Part shown: in pieces, positions 9,904 to 21,537 of the stretch | How positions within the stretch are numbered: the first letter of the stretch is position 1 | Layout: each line of letters begins with the position of its first letter | Assembly (NCBI GenBank): GCA_017524665.1 | Contig: JAFXVF010000008.1 | Coordinates: forward strand, 7,842-71,841 | Direction of reading: 5' to 3' | Origin: Clostridia bacterium | GTDB lineage: Bacteria; Bacillota; Clostridia; TANB77; CAG-508 | Length of the DNA: 64,000 nt | Made by a program: the position numbers and the translations under genes | The notes under the pieces: model-generated | The model's input: the letters and a program-made list of their open reading frames with translations, nothing else | What the model was told of the DNA's origin: nothing | The model's database searches: none

Positions 9904-11130
9904 ATGTATATATTAATGCTAGCAACCATTTTAATAGAAATGTTAATGCCCAATATTGTTGTTGCAGCACTAATGCCAGCAAGTGAACCAACATATTTTG
10001 GAATTGATGTAAGTGCATACCAAGGATATATAGATTATGACAAAGTAAAACAAGAAGGAGTAGATTTTGTATATATAAAAGCAACAGAAGGAACGTGGTA
10101 TACTGATAGATATTTAAAATATAATTATGAAAATGCAAAAAGAGTAGGTATCAATGTAGGATTTTACCATTATGTTAGGGCAACAAACACAGATAGAGCT
10201 AAGGCTGAAGCCAGGTATTTTGCAAATGCAATTTCAGGAATGGAACCAAATTGTAGATTAGCTATGGATTTTGAAGATTTTGGAGAATTAAGTAATAACC
10301 AGGTAAATGAAATTTCAAAGACTTTTTTGACTGAAACAAAAGCATTAACTGGAAAAGACATGGTAATATACAGTAACACATATTCTGCAAGAACAGTGTT
10401 TAGTTATGAGCTTGCAAGAATGTATCCACTATGGGTTGCACATTATGGAGTAAGTAAGCCTTCAGACAATGGAAAATGGAATTCTTGGATAGGCTTTCAA
10501 TATACAAGCAAAGGAAGAATAAACGGAATAAATGGAAACGTAGATTTAGACAGATTTACAAAAGAAATATTATTAGATAGTTCTGAAATTACACCTGTAC
10601 CAAAACCAGAAGATCCTAGCACAAACGATGAAACTATTTATTATACTGTAGTATGGGGAGACACATTAAGTGCATTAGCGTTGCGATTTGGAACAACTGT
10701 ACAAAACTTAGTTGCTTTAAATAATATTGCAAATCCTAACCTAATTTACGTTGGACAAAAACTGATTATACAAATTGAGTCTTCAAATGCTCAAGAAGAA
10801 ATTACGTATACAGTAGTATGGGGCGACACATTAAGTGCATTGGCACAACAATTTGGAACAACTGTAAGCAGTATAGCAAGCTTAAATAATATACCAAATC
10901 CTAATCTAATATATGTTGGCCAAAAACTAAGAATTATAACAACAGGCGAATATGAAGATTTGCATGATTGTGGCCATGTAATATATAGAATAAAATGGGG
11001 AGATACGTTAACAAGCATAGCAAGAAAATATGGAGTAAGTATACAAAGCATAGTAGATGAAAATGATATTGCAAATCCAAATCTTATATATGCCGGAAAT
11101 ATACTTAGAATATGTACTAGTCAAATGTAA
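9904..11130 (+). CDS. Secreted GH25 muramidase (lysozyme) with three C-terminal LysM repeats
   Basis: Signal peptide [53 protein letters not shown] is the GH25 N-terminal motif. There are three copies of [34 protein letters not shown] (LysM). Confidence 0.8.
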   Translation: MYILMLATILIEMLMPNIVVAALMPASEPTYFGIDVSAYQGYIDYDKVKQEGVDFVYIKATEGTWYTDRYLKYNYENAKRVGINVGFYHYVRATNTDRAKAEARYFANAISGMEPNCRLAMDFEDFGELSNNQVNEISKTFLTETKALTGKDMVIYSNTYSARTVFSYELARMYPLWVAHYGVSKPSDNGKWNSWIGFQYTSKGRINGINGNVDLDRFTKEILLDSSEITPVPKPEDPSTNDETIYYTVVWGDTLSALALRFGTTVQNLVALNNIANPNLIYVGQKLIIQIESSNAQEEITYTVVWGDTLSALAQQFGTTVSSIASLNNIPNPNLIYVGQKLRIITTGEYEDLHDCGHVIYRIKWGDTLTSIARKYGVSIQSIVDENDIANPNLIYAGNILRICTSQM

Positions 11131-11202
11131 GCAAAGACTGCGGTAGAGTTGTTTTAAAGAGAAAAAAATGGTATAATTGTACTTATAGAAGGAGTATTAT
11201 AT

Positions 11203-12213
11203 ATGAAATATATTAAAAATCTAATAAAAAGAAAAAAATATGATACTTTACGAAAATTACTTATACTTGTTATTATAACAGGTATTCTTATAATTATACC
11301 ATTTATACCGTATATGCTTTCAAAGGAAAGAGAAGAAATGTTAAACTTTGGAGCAATAGCAGTTTTAGTCCTTATAGGAATATCAATGGGATATATTATA
11401 GCAACAGTGCTGATAACTGACCCTGATGCGCAAAATGAAGAAGACTTCGAAATAATAGACGAAAAAGATCGCGTCTATATTTTCTATAAAAAACATAAAT
11501 ACTACGTAAAAAAGGTAAATTTTGAAAAAGGAATAATAGATTGGAAAATTAAGGGAGCAAACAATGAAAATGTTGGAGTTATTAGAGCACAACAATTGTA
11601 TAATTACGTAAAAGCAAAAGTTTGTGAATGCAAATCGAATTATGATGAATCTCCTATAGAAATACCTATAGAAGAAATTGTAAATAAATTTGCCAATGTT
11701 CATCTATTATCTGCTGAAGAAAAAGAAGAATTTTTAAAAGAGAATAAGAAAGAGCTACGACCATATACCATCTCAAAACCTATAATTTTCTATATATGTG
11801 GGCTGTTTGTTATTGGAATCATATTAATAGTGGCATATATAGTATATATATTGAATTGTATGCTTCAAAATAATGCAATTAATGTTTGGTATATATTTGC
11901 CATATTTGCATTTATTAGTGCTCCAATAGCGCTGGCTATTGGAATAATGCTTTTTAAATCTATGCTTAAAGAAGAGAAAGAACTTTTTTCTAAAATACAA
12001 AAAGATGATTTATATGTTGTTAATTGCCAACTATGCTATCGAAAGATTAGAAGAGTAGCAAAAGGAAGTGTAAAGTATCTTTCAAAAGTAACAGATGGAA
12101 ACTATGTTTCAAACGAATGGATTCCAGTTTCAGAGAAAATATATAATACTGATGACGATGTAAACTTATACATTTTAGGAAAAACTGGAAAAGATTTTAT
12201 GAAAATCATATAG
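11203..12213 (+). CDS. Hypothetical polytopic membrane protein
   Basis: 336 aa with about 4 hydrophobic helices. No family recognised. Confidence 0.4.
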   Translation: MKYIKNLIKRKKYDTLRKLLILVIITGILIIIPFIPYMLSKEREEMLNFGAIAVLVLIGISMGYIIATVLITDPDAQNEEDFEIIDEKDRVYIFYKKHKYYVKKVNFEKGIIDWKIKGANNENVGVIRAQQLYNYVKAKVCECKSNYDESPIEIPIEEIVNKFANVHLLSAEEKEEFLKENKKELRPYTISKPIIFYICGLFVIGIILIVAYIVYILNCMLQNNAINVWYIFAIFAFISAPIALAIGIMLFKSMLKEEKELFSKIQKDDLYVVNCQLCYRKIRRVAKGSVKYLSKVTDGNYVSNEWIPVSEKIYNTDDDVNLYILGKTGKDFMKII

Positions 12214-12265
12214 AACTATATTTAAATTATACATTTTGTATATTATGTATGCACTTTACAAAATA

Positions 12266-12300
12266 AAAAAATATCACTATAATAATAGTGATATTTTTAT
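12266..12300 (+). terminator. Terminator hairpin (aaatatcactat aataa tagtgatattttt)
   Basis: Perfect 12-bp stem followed by a T-run. Confidence 0.55.
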
Positions 12301-12327
12301 TTATACATAATTTAAGGAGATAATAAA

Positions 12328-14199
12328 ATGAGAATACTTAATGACTTTAAAATACCTAATTTCAAATTCCCTAAATTCAAAATAGATATGGGAAAAATAA
12401 TGGAAAGCCTAGAAAGAATAGGCGAATCTAAAGAAGATGATTCGCAAAAGCACACAGAACCTAAGTGGGATAAAAGAAATTATGTGCCAACAGAATATAA
12501 AACAGTAAAAGAAATCTTTAATAGATCTACTGAACTATTTGCAGATAGAACATTTATTTTAGAGAAATTCAACCACAAAGATGAAGCATTTACAGAAATT
12601 ACATACAAACAGTTTAGAGAAGATGTTATGGCGCTTGGAACAGGCTTAGACAAATTATTAGGCCTTAAGGGCAAACCTGTTATAATTATTGGAGAAAACA
12701 CTTATTATTGGTATGTAAGTTATATAACAATGCTTTGCTCTGCAGGAATAGCAGTTCCTGTTGATAAGGAGCTACCACCTAATGAAATTGAAAACGTTAT
12801 TAGAAGATCTAAAGCAGAAGCGGTTATTTATTCAACTAAGAAAGAAGAAGTAATAAAAAAAGTTAAAGATAATCTTCCAGAGATAAAATACTTTATCAAG
12901 ATGAATTCAGAAGAAGCAGTAAATGGAAGAGATGTTGGAATTGATTTTGTAATAAACAAGGGAAAAGAGTTTATAGCCCAAGGAATTGATGACTTTGAAA
13001 AAATTGAAATTGATCCAGAGGAATTTAAAGTGTTGATTTTTACATCAGGAACGACATCCGCTGCAAAAGGTGTAATGATATGTAATAGAAACTTAGCCCA
13101 AAACATAAATGCAGTATCTGCATATGTTAATTTAACAAAAGAGGATAGGCTATTTTCTGTATTACCATTACATCATACATATGAATCTACAATAGGATTT
13201 TTATTACCAATGGCAGTAGGAGCATCTATTGCAGTATGCGAAGGACTTAAATATATAGTGCCAAACTTAAAAGAAACTCATCCAACAGCTTTAATTGCAG
13301 TACCATTATTAATTGAAAACTTATATAAGAAAATCAATGATAATATAGTTAAAAGTAAAAAAGACAAACTTGTAAAATCAATGATATATCTTACAAATCT
13401 TACAAATGCTTTAAAATCTGTAAACGTAGAAATTAAGAGAAAAGTATTTAGTGAAATATATGACAGTTTAGGAGGAAAAATTCGATATATTGTATCTGCT
13501 GCAGCTCCAATTGATCCTAATATTGGCAAATGGATACAAGACATTGGAATTTGCTTCTTACAAGGATATGGGCTAACTGAAACATCACCAATTGCTGCAT
13601 TAACTCCGGAATTTGATACAAAAGTTGGTTCTGCAGGAAAGCCAGTAATATGCGCTGAAATAAAGATAGACAACCCAAATGAAAAAGGAGAAGGAGAAGT
13701 TTTAATTAAAAGTGAAACTTTGATGCTTGGATATTACGAGAATGAAGAAGCAACGAAAGAGGCAATACAAGATGGATGGTTCCATTCGGGAGATATTGGA
13801 TATCTTGATAATGAAGGATTTTTATACATTACAGGGAGATGCAAAAATGTAATTGTTACACAAAATGGTAAAAACATTTATCCAGAAGAGATTGAGATGT
13901 TACTTGGAAATGTACCTGAAATTAAAGAATGTATGGTGTATGGCAAAGAAGACGAAGGCCAAGAGCTTATTATTTCAGCAAAAGTAATTCCTAACCTAGA
14001 TAAAATAAAGGAAAATCATGGTGATAATTTAACAGATAATCAAGTATATAATATAATTTGGGAAGAAATAAAGAAAGTAAATAAGCAATTAACTTCATAT
14101 AAAGCAATTAAAAACCTAGAAATAAAAAAAGACGAATTCGAAAAAACAACAACCATGAAGATTAAAAGATATGCCGAACTTAACAAAGATAAAAAATAA
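12328..14199 (+). CDS. Long-chain-fatty-acid--CoA ligase (AMP-binding enzyme)
   Basis: AMP-binding motif IFTSGTTSAAKGVM and YGLTETS. 623 aa. RBS AAGGAGA upstream. Confidence 0.75.
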   Translation: MRILNDFKIPNFKFPKFKIDMGKIMESLERIGESKEDDSQKHTEPKWDKRNYVPTEYKTVKEIFNRSTELFADRTFILEKFNHKDEAFTEITYKQFREDVMALGTGLDKLLGLKGKPVIIIGENTYYWYVSYITMLCSAGIAVPVDKELPPNEIENVIRRSKAEAVIYSTKKEEVIKKVKDNLPEIKYFIKMNSEEAVNGRDVGIDFVINKGKEFIAQGIDDFEKIEIDPEEFKVLIFTSGTTSAAKGVMICNRNLAQNINAVSAYVNLTKEDRLFSVLPLHHTYESTIGFLLPMAVGASIAVCEGLKYIVPNLKETHPTALIAVPLLIENLYKKINDNIVKSKKDKLVKSMIYLTNLTNALKSVNVEIKRKVFSEIYDSLGGKIRYIVSAAAPIDPNIGKWIQDIGICFLQGYGLTETSPIAALTPEFDTKVGSAGKPVICAEIKIDNPNEKGEGEVLIKSETLMLGYYENEEATKEAIQDGWFHSGDIGYLDNEGFLYITGRCKNVIVTQNGKNIYPEEIEMLLGNVPEIKECMVYGKEDEGQELIISAKVIPNLDKIKENHGDNLTDNQVYNIIWEEIKKVNKQLTSYKAIKNLEIKKDEFEKTTTMKIKRYAELNKDKK

Positions 14200-14214
14200 A
14201 GGGAGGGAAAACAT

Positions 14215-14610
14215 ATGGTAGAAGATCAAAACGAAATAATTCAAATGCAAGAAGAAATCATTGAATCGATACAATCTCAAAAATTGGATGAACCAGGGGC
14301 AGAAAGATTTATTTATTCTTTATTTGTAGTATGTGGAATATCAATGATTTTTGAGGGCCTTATAAAAAGTTACAGAGCAAAGAAAAAAGAAAAAAAGCGT
14401 GCAGGTGAAAGCACAAAAGAACTAACCAAAAAGATATTTATTGTATATTTAATACATCTATTATTCATTGCATTAACATGTTTGATTTGTGCTTATTTAG
14501 TAAAAATCACAGGACCATACATATGGACACTATGCTTAATAAGCGTTTCAATGGTAGAACTAGCTCCACTATTTACTATAGATATAAATTTCAAGAAGAA
14601 AAAAGAATAG
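14215..14610 (+). CDS. Hypothetical small membrane protein
   Basis: 131 aa with 3 hydrophobic segments. RBS GGGAGGG upstream. Confidence 0.4.
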   Translation: MVEDQNEIIQMQEEIIESIQSQKLDEPGAERFIYSLFVVCGISMIFEGLIKSYRAKKKEKKRAGESTKELTKKIFIVYLIHLLFIALTCLICAYLVKITGPYIWTLCLISVSMVELAPLFTIDINFKKKKE

Positions 14611-14650
14611 AATATGAATAATAAAGATATTTATTAAAACGTAAATAAAA

Positions 14651-14692
14651 CATGCTTCCATGAGTTACAAACCATGGAAGCTTATTTTTGTT
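14651..14692 (+). terminator. Rho-independent terminator (gcttccatg agttacaaac catggaagc + T-run)
   Basis: 9-bp GC-containing stem followed by ttatttttg. Confidence 0.6.
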
Positions 14693-14752
14693 GCTTTTAA
14701 GTGAACGCATATTATTTGACAATTAAACATATAAATAGTTTTGGAGGAATTT

Positions 14753-15293
14753 ATGGAAAACAATGAATTAGAATCATTTATTAAAGAATTTAGTAAAATA
14801 ATTAAATCGCTTACCATTAATAAAATATTTTCTTCAATTGTTTTCTTTTGCATTCGGCTCAGATAGGATAATAGGGGATTCATTCGGACCAATAGTTGGA
14901 ACAAAATTAAAAAAATTGTTTGAACCAATGAAAAATGTATATATAATAGGTGATTTAGAAAATACTGTGAATAATAATAATGCTAATAATATAATTAATG
15001 AAATATGTGATAAGCATAATAACCCATTTATTATATCTATTGACTCAGCTTTTTCCAATACTTCAACTAATGTTGGGAAGATTGTAGTAGGAAAAGGAGG
15101 AATTTGGCTAGGGCAAAGCTTAGGAAGAGAAAAATATATCATAGGAGATATGAACATAAAAGGAATTGTGGCAAAAAATATGCATAATATGAGAAAAAAC
15201 ATGTACCTATTACAAAATGCTTCTTTGGGACAAATTGCACATATGGCAGAAATAGTAGCAAATGGCATATACTGTTCAATAGATTGCGAATAA
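14753..15293 (+). CDS. yyaC: Spore protease YyaC-like (GPR/A25 peptidase fold). Needs a +1 shift at CGG 14855-14857.
   Basis: The N-terminus MENNELESFIKEF...SSIVFFCI stops 2 codons after ATT-CGG-CTC. Skipping C14855 gives VFFCIGSDRIIGDSFGPIVGTKL, the YyaC signature (CIGTDRSTGDSLGPLVG). This is continuous with ORF 14838-15293. Confidence 0.7.
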
Positions 15294-15340
15294 AATGTAT
15301 ATACTGATAAATTCTGGGGAAAATATATTTAAAGAATTTA

Positions 15341-15679
15341 TTGGGGGCATTCTATATGGAAGAAAACAAAATGAAGAATATTATAATATTAAAAAACCTA
15401 CCTTCTAACTTAGTAGAAGAAGCAATAGTTGTATTAAAGAAAAACAATATAAAACTTCCGGAACATATAGAAAAGAAGACTGAAAATGGAGCAAAAGCGA
15501 ACTCAAAAGATTATATATTAAAAGAAGCAGAGAGTGTGGTTTCAAATTATATAAACAACATTGAAAAAAACAAGAAAGAAGATACGATAAAAAAGTCGAA
15601 TATTGAGAGAAGGTATAAAAAATTAAAAGTAATAACAATATTTATCACAATTGCATTTATAGTTGCAGTGATTTTTTAA
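15341..15679 (+). CDS. Hypothetical protein with C-terminal TM anchor
   Basis: 112 aa ending in the hydrophobic tail VITIFITIAFIVAVIF. A hairpin follows. Confidence 0.35.
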   Translation: MGAFYMEENKMKNIIILKNLPSNLVEEAIVVLKKNNIKLPEHIEKKTENGAKANSKDYILKEAESVVSNYINNIEKNKKEDTIKKSNIERRYKKLKVITIFITIAFIVAVIF

Positions 15680-15692
15680 TAAACTTATAAAG

Positions 15693-15745
15693 TGACAAAA
15701 GATTTGGGCTTTCAAATCTTTTGTCACTTTTAAATTTTTTTAAGA
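15693..15745 (+). terminator. Terminator hairpin (aagtgacaaaagatttg...caaatcttttgtcactt + T-run)
   Basis: 17-bp near-perfect stem followed by ttaaatttttt. Confidence 0.6.
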
Positions 15746-15804
15746 ATATTTTTAAAAATAGGACATATAGATTATTAAATTAAAACAAAGGAGGCGAACT
15801 TGAA

Positions 15805-16732
15805 TTGGAGCGAGCTATAAGTGCAAATGAAAGAATAAAAAGAGCGGAAGAAATATACCAAAGGCGTAGATATAATAAGCAAAGCATAGAAAATCAAGCA
15901 AGGGTAAATGTAGGAGATGCCAATAAAAAATATGGCTTATTAAAAAAAACGAGTATGCAGATATTGGTAAGCTTGATAATATATGCTATTTTTTTTGTAA
16001 TAAAAAATAACGAATATATCTTTTCAGAAGATTTACTAAAGCAAACAAAAGAAATTCTTTCATATGATATAGATGTTGAAGAGGCATACAATTATGTGAA
16101 AAATTGGGTTTTAAGTGATAAACAAAAAATAGATGGTGATGACGATAGAGAAGATAATGATTTGGAAAACGATACAGGCAAAACTGAAGAAATAATTGAA
16201 GAACCAGCAATAGATGAAAAAAAAGAGGATTTAACTACAACTATTGAAGATGCAATATCAAGTCCAAATGAAGAAACTTTGTCAATTACTGAGGATGCTA
16301 GTAGTATAAATGAACCTTTAACAGATGCAGAAATAATAAAATCAAATTACTCTATTATAAAGCCACTTATTCGGTACAATTACATCAAGATTTGGAAATA
16401 GAAATCCAACAACTCCTACAGTGCCTAAATACCATACAGGAATAGATATTGCAGCTAATACAGGAACACAATTTATATCAGCTATGAGTGGCACAGTAGT
16501 GCAAGTTTCAAGTGAAGGTGACTATGGCAATCATGTTAAAATTGAACAAGATGATGTAATTACTCTGTATGCGCATTGCAATGCTATATATGTAAAAGAA
16601 GGAGAATTTGTAACACAAGGACAAATTATAGGAGAGGTAGGAGAAACCGGAAATGCAACTGGACCACACTTGCATTTTGAAATAAGAAAATCCGATAGAT
16701 ATGTTGACCCTGATGATGTTCTGGATTTTTAG
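15805..16732 (+). CDS. spoIVFA: Stage IV sporulation protein FA (N-terminal region, TM and C-terminal LytM/M23 domain). Needs a +1 shift at CGG 16372-16374.
   Basis: ORF 15805-16401 ends 10 codons after ATT-CGG-TAC. Skipping C16372 gives PLIGTITSRFGNRNPTTPTVPKYHTGIDIA (M23 motif G.ITS.FG.R), continuous with the LytM domain ORF 16421-16732 (HLHFEI). It lies immediately upstream of spoIVFB. Confidence 0.7.
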
Positions 16733-16746
16733 TGGAGACTTGATGT

Positions 16747-17358
16747 ATGAAAATAAAACTTGATTTGAAAATATTTGCGCTTATAATATTGTTCTTCTTG
16801 AGTGGAAAAGGTCAGTCTTACATAGTTTTATATACATTTGCTGCAATACATGAAATAGGACATATTTTAATGGGAATAGTTCTTGGATTAAAGCCTGAAC
16901 GTATAAATATAGGTCCAATGGGGTTTTGCATTATATTTAAACAAGAAAAAGCAAAATGGCAAACTGAATTATTAGTTAGTATTGCTGGGCCAATTACAAA
17001 TTTTATTATTGCTACTCTATTTTCGTTATTTATACAGGTATCAAAAAAAGAGACAATTATATATGCAAATTTAATTCTTGGACTTTTTAATATGCTACCG
17101 GTGTTACCATTAGATGGAGGAAGAGCATTAATGGCAATATTAAAAAAGTATTGTAAAGAAAATATTGCAGAAGGAATAATATACAAAACATCAAATATAG
17201 CAATGGCATTACTAACTGTTATAGCAGGTATAGGAACTTTGTACTTAAGGAATATTGCAATACCTGTTATTATTATTTATCTTTGGGTGATTGTTTCTAA
17301 TGAAAACAAAAGACACAGATTAAAGCAAAGAATAAAAAAAATCCTAGAAAAATATTGA
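16747..17358 (+). CDS. spoIVFB: SpoIVFB-type intramembrane site-2 metalloprotease (M50)
   Basis: HEIGH zinc motif inside a TM helix, and LPVLPLDGG. Six hydrophobic helices. Confidence 0.8.
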   Translation: MKIKLDLKIFALIILFFLSGKGQSYIVLYTFAAIHEIGHILMGIVLGLKPERINIGPMGFCIIFKQEKAKWQTELLVSIAGPITNFIIATLFSLFIQVSKKETIIYANLILGLFNMLPVLPLDGGRALMAILKKYCKENIAEGIIYKTSNIAMALLTVIAGIGTLYLRNIAIPVIIIYLWVIVSNENKRHRLKQRIKKILEKY

Positions 17359-17409
17359 CTTAATAATAGTAAAATGCGACAATAACAATAATAGCGGAGG
17401 ACTAAACAA

Positions 17410-17844
17410 ATGAAAAATAAAAAAGGAATATCATTGACTGTTTTAGCAGTAACAGTAGCAATTTTGATTATAGTAACGATTTCAATAGTATTAGGAATTA
17501 ACAATATTGGAAGAAATGAAAAATTAGATAAACTATATTATGATTTAGAATTATTGACAGAGAAAGTAAATATGTATTATTGGAAACATGATCAGTTACC
17601 TGTTGTGGCAGATTATATTAATACATCTAGTATTCCAGCAGAAGAGAAAAACCCAAATGATGACGAAAACTATTATATACTTGATTTGAATGCGTTAGAA
17701 AATTTATCATTGCAAACAGACGAACACACATTTATAATTAATGGACTTACTCGCACAATATATATAGCTGAAGGAATCGAAATTGACGGAAAAACATATT
17801 ATAGATTACCTGAAACATATAGTCGAATATATGCTTCATACTAG
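17410..17844 (+). CDS. Prepilin-type N-terminal domain protein (type IV pilin/pseudopilin-like)
   Basis: MKNKKG|ISLTVLAVTVAILIIV resembles the G|FTLIE prepilin cleavage/methylation segment, but has Ala rather than Glu at +5. Confidence 0.5.
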   Translation: MKNKKGISLTVLAVTVAILIIVTISIVLGINNIGRNEKLDKLYYDLELLTEKVNMYYWKHDQLPVVADYINTSSIPAEEKNPNDDENYYILDLNALENLSLQTDEHTFIINGLTRTIYIAEGIEIDGKTYYRLPETYSRIYASY

Positions 17845-17921
17845 CATAGAAAGTTGAAAAAAACCGGAAAAAATTGTATAATATTATTAATAGTGAAAAA
17901 AGTAATATTTGAGGTGATTAA

Positions 17922-20325
17922 ATGAAATTCATTTCAAGAGTATTAATATTTTTATGCATTATTTTAATATCAATAATGACAACTGTTAGCTATGCTTCAG
18001 ATAGTAATAAACTGAGCTGGGACAACATACAAAGGAAGTCTAATACTTTTTTTGCAAGAGGATCATCTGGAACAAGCTTAATAAATGCAAGTGATATGCA
18101 ACCAGTTGTTATGGGTTTTGCTAATATACTTACTACTATTGGTGCGGTTATAGTATTAATACGGTTTCCTTATTATAGGAATAAAATATATGGTGGCAAG
18201 TCCAGATGAAGCGGCTAAACTAAAATCCAAATTAGTCGGACTGACAATTGCGGCCATAATTATTTTAGGAGCATATGGAATTTGGGTATTATTGTCAAAA
18301 TTTTTTGGAAATATAGTGGGAATGGATCTTCAGTTTAATGAGCCAAGAACAGTAGTAACTCCAGGTACACCAGGAGAACCAGGCATAACAGCAGATCCAA
18401 GCTCACCGGGTACACCAGATACGCCAGGCACACCAGATACGCCAAGCACGCCAGATACACCTGCTGAGCCAGACACACCAGGTACACCAGATACACCAGG
18501 TGAACTAGAGGATGATCCAGACAAAGAAGGAACAAGACCAAAGCCTCAACCACAGGCAGTGGAGCCTACGAGTGTTTCTTTCGCTGAAGGAAATATTACA
18601 ATAGAAATAGGAAATAGTCCAACTGTACTTTCTGCATCTATAGAACCATCTAATGCAAATTCAAAAACAAAAATAACATATAGAGTTGTAGATGAAAGCA
18701 TAGCAACAATTGATAGCCAGACAGGAGAATTACATGCGGTATCAGCTGGTACGACAGTGGTTATTGCTACAACTGAAAATGGAAAAGAAGCCAGAATGAC
18801 GATTAACGTTAAAAACGGTGCAGAAGCTGACATGGGTGGAATGGAATTGATAAATGGCAACGTAAAATATTGGAGATACATTCCACATATAGAAGATATT
18901 GGAACATACAAAAATATACCTCTTATAGTATACTTGCATGGAGGAAATGGTAAAGAAACTAATCCTAACAGCTTTGACGCAATTGGTTATTCTTTACCTA
19001 AGTATCTAAAAGATGGTACTTTGAAAGCAAATTCAATAATTGTATCACCAGTAAGCTATTCAACAAGTGCCGTTTTGACGCTTATAAATGATATTAAATC
19101 ACAATATGATATAGATGAAAGTAATATTTCAATTACAGGACATAGTACAGGCGCATACAATGCATTTAATATAGCAGCAAACAACCAAGATGTATTTAAG
19201 ACATGTGTACCGGTATCATTAAGATATGCAGGATCATATAGCAAGATTAAATCAATAACTAAATGTGACCTACGATTTATATTTGAGAGCAACTTTGCAG
19301 GGTCACCAAAAAGCGAGCAAGAAATGAAAAATATAAAGAAAGAAGTTGACAGACTTAATAATGCTGGAGTATCAAACATAATACGTTATGAAACAATTCC
19401 AGGAACAGGACATAATGAAGTAGTTTCATGCTACAATGAAGAATTGATTGAATGGATGATAGGCTCTAACAGAGGTAAAATAGCTAAAAAAAGCAATCAA
19501 GCTACAAACAATACAACCAAAGAAACAACAAAAAAAGTTGCAAATCCAACAATTACAACTACTGGAAGATTCAAAGAAGCTGAATCTAAAAATGGATTTA
19601 ACAAAATTGTGCAAACAACTGTTACTAAAGCAGATAAAAAGACTGCAACAATGAAACTTGGACTAAAAAAGGCTTCAACAGAAACAAATACATTGGTAGT
19701 ATTTCTCCATGGTTCTGGAGATTCATATACAAGCACCGCTGTAGATAGAAACAATAATCCATTTAAAAGTGGAGAATATACAGCAGATATTATTGTAGTA
19801 CAAATTCCACACCCATCAGGTGGATCAGTATATACAAAGGTATATTCAGATGATACTACAAATGCTCTTTATGATGGAATTAAAGAATATATTAATGCAG
19901 GGTATAAGATTCACATTATTGCATGGAGCATGGGTGGATATGGTGCTATTCGTTTAGCAAATAAAATACTAACACAGGCAGATAATCAGGTACTAATGGT
20001 TTCTCTTGATGCAACGCCAAACTTTGGTGGATTAAATAAATCTGAGCAAACATACTATAAAACAGCATGGCTAGGTGCACTAAAATATGAAACAAAATAT
20101 AAAATGATGAGTTATGTACATACACCAGGCCAAGACAAATATGGAAATTATAATGTTTTTTCAAAATTTAATAAAGACTTGTTAGCAGCACATCAAAACG
20201 GAAAATATCCAAACCTTATAAATGTAATATTCTTAGATGATTGCTTACACAATCAAGTAATAGATAAATCAGGCATAGAAAAAATATACAGAGTTGGAAG
20301 CACAATGCCAAAATGGGCAACATAA
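17922..20325 (+). CDS. Secreted/membrane-anchored multi-domain esterase (Big_2 Ig-like domain plus two alpha/beta-hydrolase modules). ORFs 17922-18209 and 18190-20325 are joined by a +1 shift at CGG 18162-18164.
   Basis: Skipping C18162 of ATA-CGG-TTT gives ...TIGAVIVLIGFLIIGIKYMVASPDEAAKLKSKLVGLTIAAIIILGAYGIWVLL, two TM helices continuous with the 711-aa ORF. A Pro/Thr-rich PGTPDTP linker follows. TIDSQTGELHAVSAGTTVVIATTENG is a Big_2-like segment. GxSxG-type motifs are ITGHSTGAY and IIAWSMGGYGA. Confidence 0.55.
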
Positions 20326-20345
20326 ACAAAAAAGACTTAAAAATA

Positions 20346-20376
20346 CTTGAAAAACAAAACAAAATATGCTAAAATA
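20346..20376 (+). promoter_or_regulatory. Putative sigma-A promoter of the rpsF operon (TTGAAA ... TGcTAAAAT)
   Basis: -35 TTGAAA at 20346-20351 and an extended -10 TGCTAAAAT ending at 20375, with 18-bp spacing, about 95 nt upstream of rpsF. Confidence 0.35.
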
Positions 20377-20472
20377 GCAATGTTGATACAAAAACATTGC
20401 TATTTTTGTATCATAAAAATCCTTACTCATAGTGTTTGACTATGGGATGTTTAATCCAAAAGGAGGTGCAAA

Positions 20473-20760
20473 ATGATGAATAAATACGAAAGTGTTATCA
20501 TTATTAATCCTAATTTAGAAGATGCTAAAATAAAAGAGTTAACTGAAAAATTTACTAAATTAGTAGACAAACATGGAAAAGTTGAAAATGTTGAGGATAT
20601 GGGCAAAAAGAAATTAGCTTACCCAGTACAAAAACAAACAGAAGCTTTCTATGTAGTATTCCATTTCGAGGCTGAACCTGCTTTCATAGCAGAACTTGAA
20701 AGAGTATACCGTATTACAGATGAAGTTTTAAAATTCATCGTAGTTAGAAAAGAAGACTAA
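20473..20760 (+). CDS. rpsF: 30S ribosomal protein S6
   Basis: MNKYESVIIINPNLEDAKIKELTEKF...YRITDEVLKFIVVRKED. Canonical rpsF-ssb-rpsR order. Confidence 0.9.
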   Translation: MMNKYESVIIINPNLEDAKIKELTEKFTKLVDKHGKVENVEDMGKKKLAYPVQKQTEAFYVVFHFEAEPAFIAELERVYRITDEVLKFIVVRKED

Positions 20761-20805
20761 ATAAAAGTCTAGGGGGCTAGAAAGAAGGAAAGGTGGAAAT
20801 TAAAT

Positions 20806-21225
20806 ATGAATAAAATCATTCTAATGGGACGTTTAACAAAGGACCCAGAAACAAGATACACACAAACTAATAATACATTAGTAGCTTCTTTTACGCTCGC
20901 AGTAAATCGTAGATTTGCTCGCCAAGGCGAAGAAAGACAAGCAGATTTTATTCCAGTTGTAGCATGGAGCAAAACTGGTGAATTCTGTAGTAAATACTTT
21001 AAAAAAGGACAACAAGTAGGTGTCGTTGGAAGACTACAAACAAGAAATTGGGAAGATGAAAACAAGGTAAAACATTATATAACAGAAGTAGTAGCAGAAG
21101 AAGCATATTTTGCAGATAGCAAAAGAGATGGAGCAGACGCTGCTGGATTCGAAAACACTTTTGGAGCAGATGTTGCAGCTAATTCAGATTTCTCAGTTAC
21201 TTCTGATGACGACTTACCATTCTAA
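20806..21225 (+). CDS. ssb: Single-stranded DNA-binding protein
   Basis: MNKIILMGRLTKDPETRYT...OB fold, with acidic tail DDDLPF. Confidence 0.9.
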   Translation: MNKIILMGRLTKDPETRYTQTNNTLVASFTLAVNRRFARQGEERQADFIPVVAWSKTGEFCSKYFKKGQQVGVVGRLQTRNWEDENKVKHYITEVVAEEAYFADSKRDGADAAGFENTFGADVAANSDFSVTSDDDLPF

Positions 21226-21246
21226 TAATGAATAGGGGGAAATAAA

Positions 21247-21531
21247 ATGGCTGATAAGAAACAAAATAATAGAAGAAACAACAGAAACAATGGTGATGAA
21301 GATTTCAATCCAAAGTTTCGTAAGGTAAGAAAAAAGGTTTGCCCACTTTGCGCTGACAAAAATCTAGTATTAGATTACAAAAATGGAGATCAACTTAGAA
21401 AATTCATAAGTGATAAAGGCAAAATATTACCAAGAAGAGCAACAGGAGCTTGCGCAAAACATCAAAGAGATATTACATTAGCTGTAAAAAGAGCAAGACA
21501 CATTGCAGTATTACCATTCACACAAAACTAA
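21247..21531 (+). CDS. rpsR: 30S ribosomal protein S18
   Basis: [15 protein letters not shown]...[31 protein letters not shown]. Confidence 0.9.
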   Translation: MADKKQNNRRNNRNNGDEDFNPKFRKVRKKVCPLCADKNLVLDYKNGDQLRKFISDKGKILPRRATGACAKHQRDITLAVKRARHIAVLPFTQN

Positions 21532-21537
21532 TAAATA

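Noticed and set aside
18360-18520. The tandem DNA repeats ccagatacgccaggcacaccagatacgcc... could be a CRISPR-like or intergenic repeat array.
   Set aside because: They are in-frame and encode a Pro/Thr-rich (PGTPDTP)n linker inside the esterase gene. No spacer-repeat periodicity is present, and there is no CRISPR array anywhere in the window.
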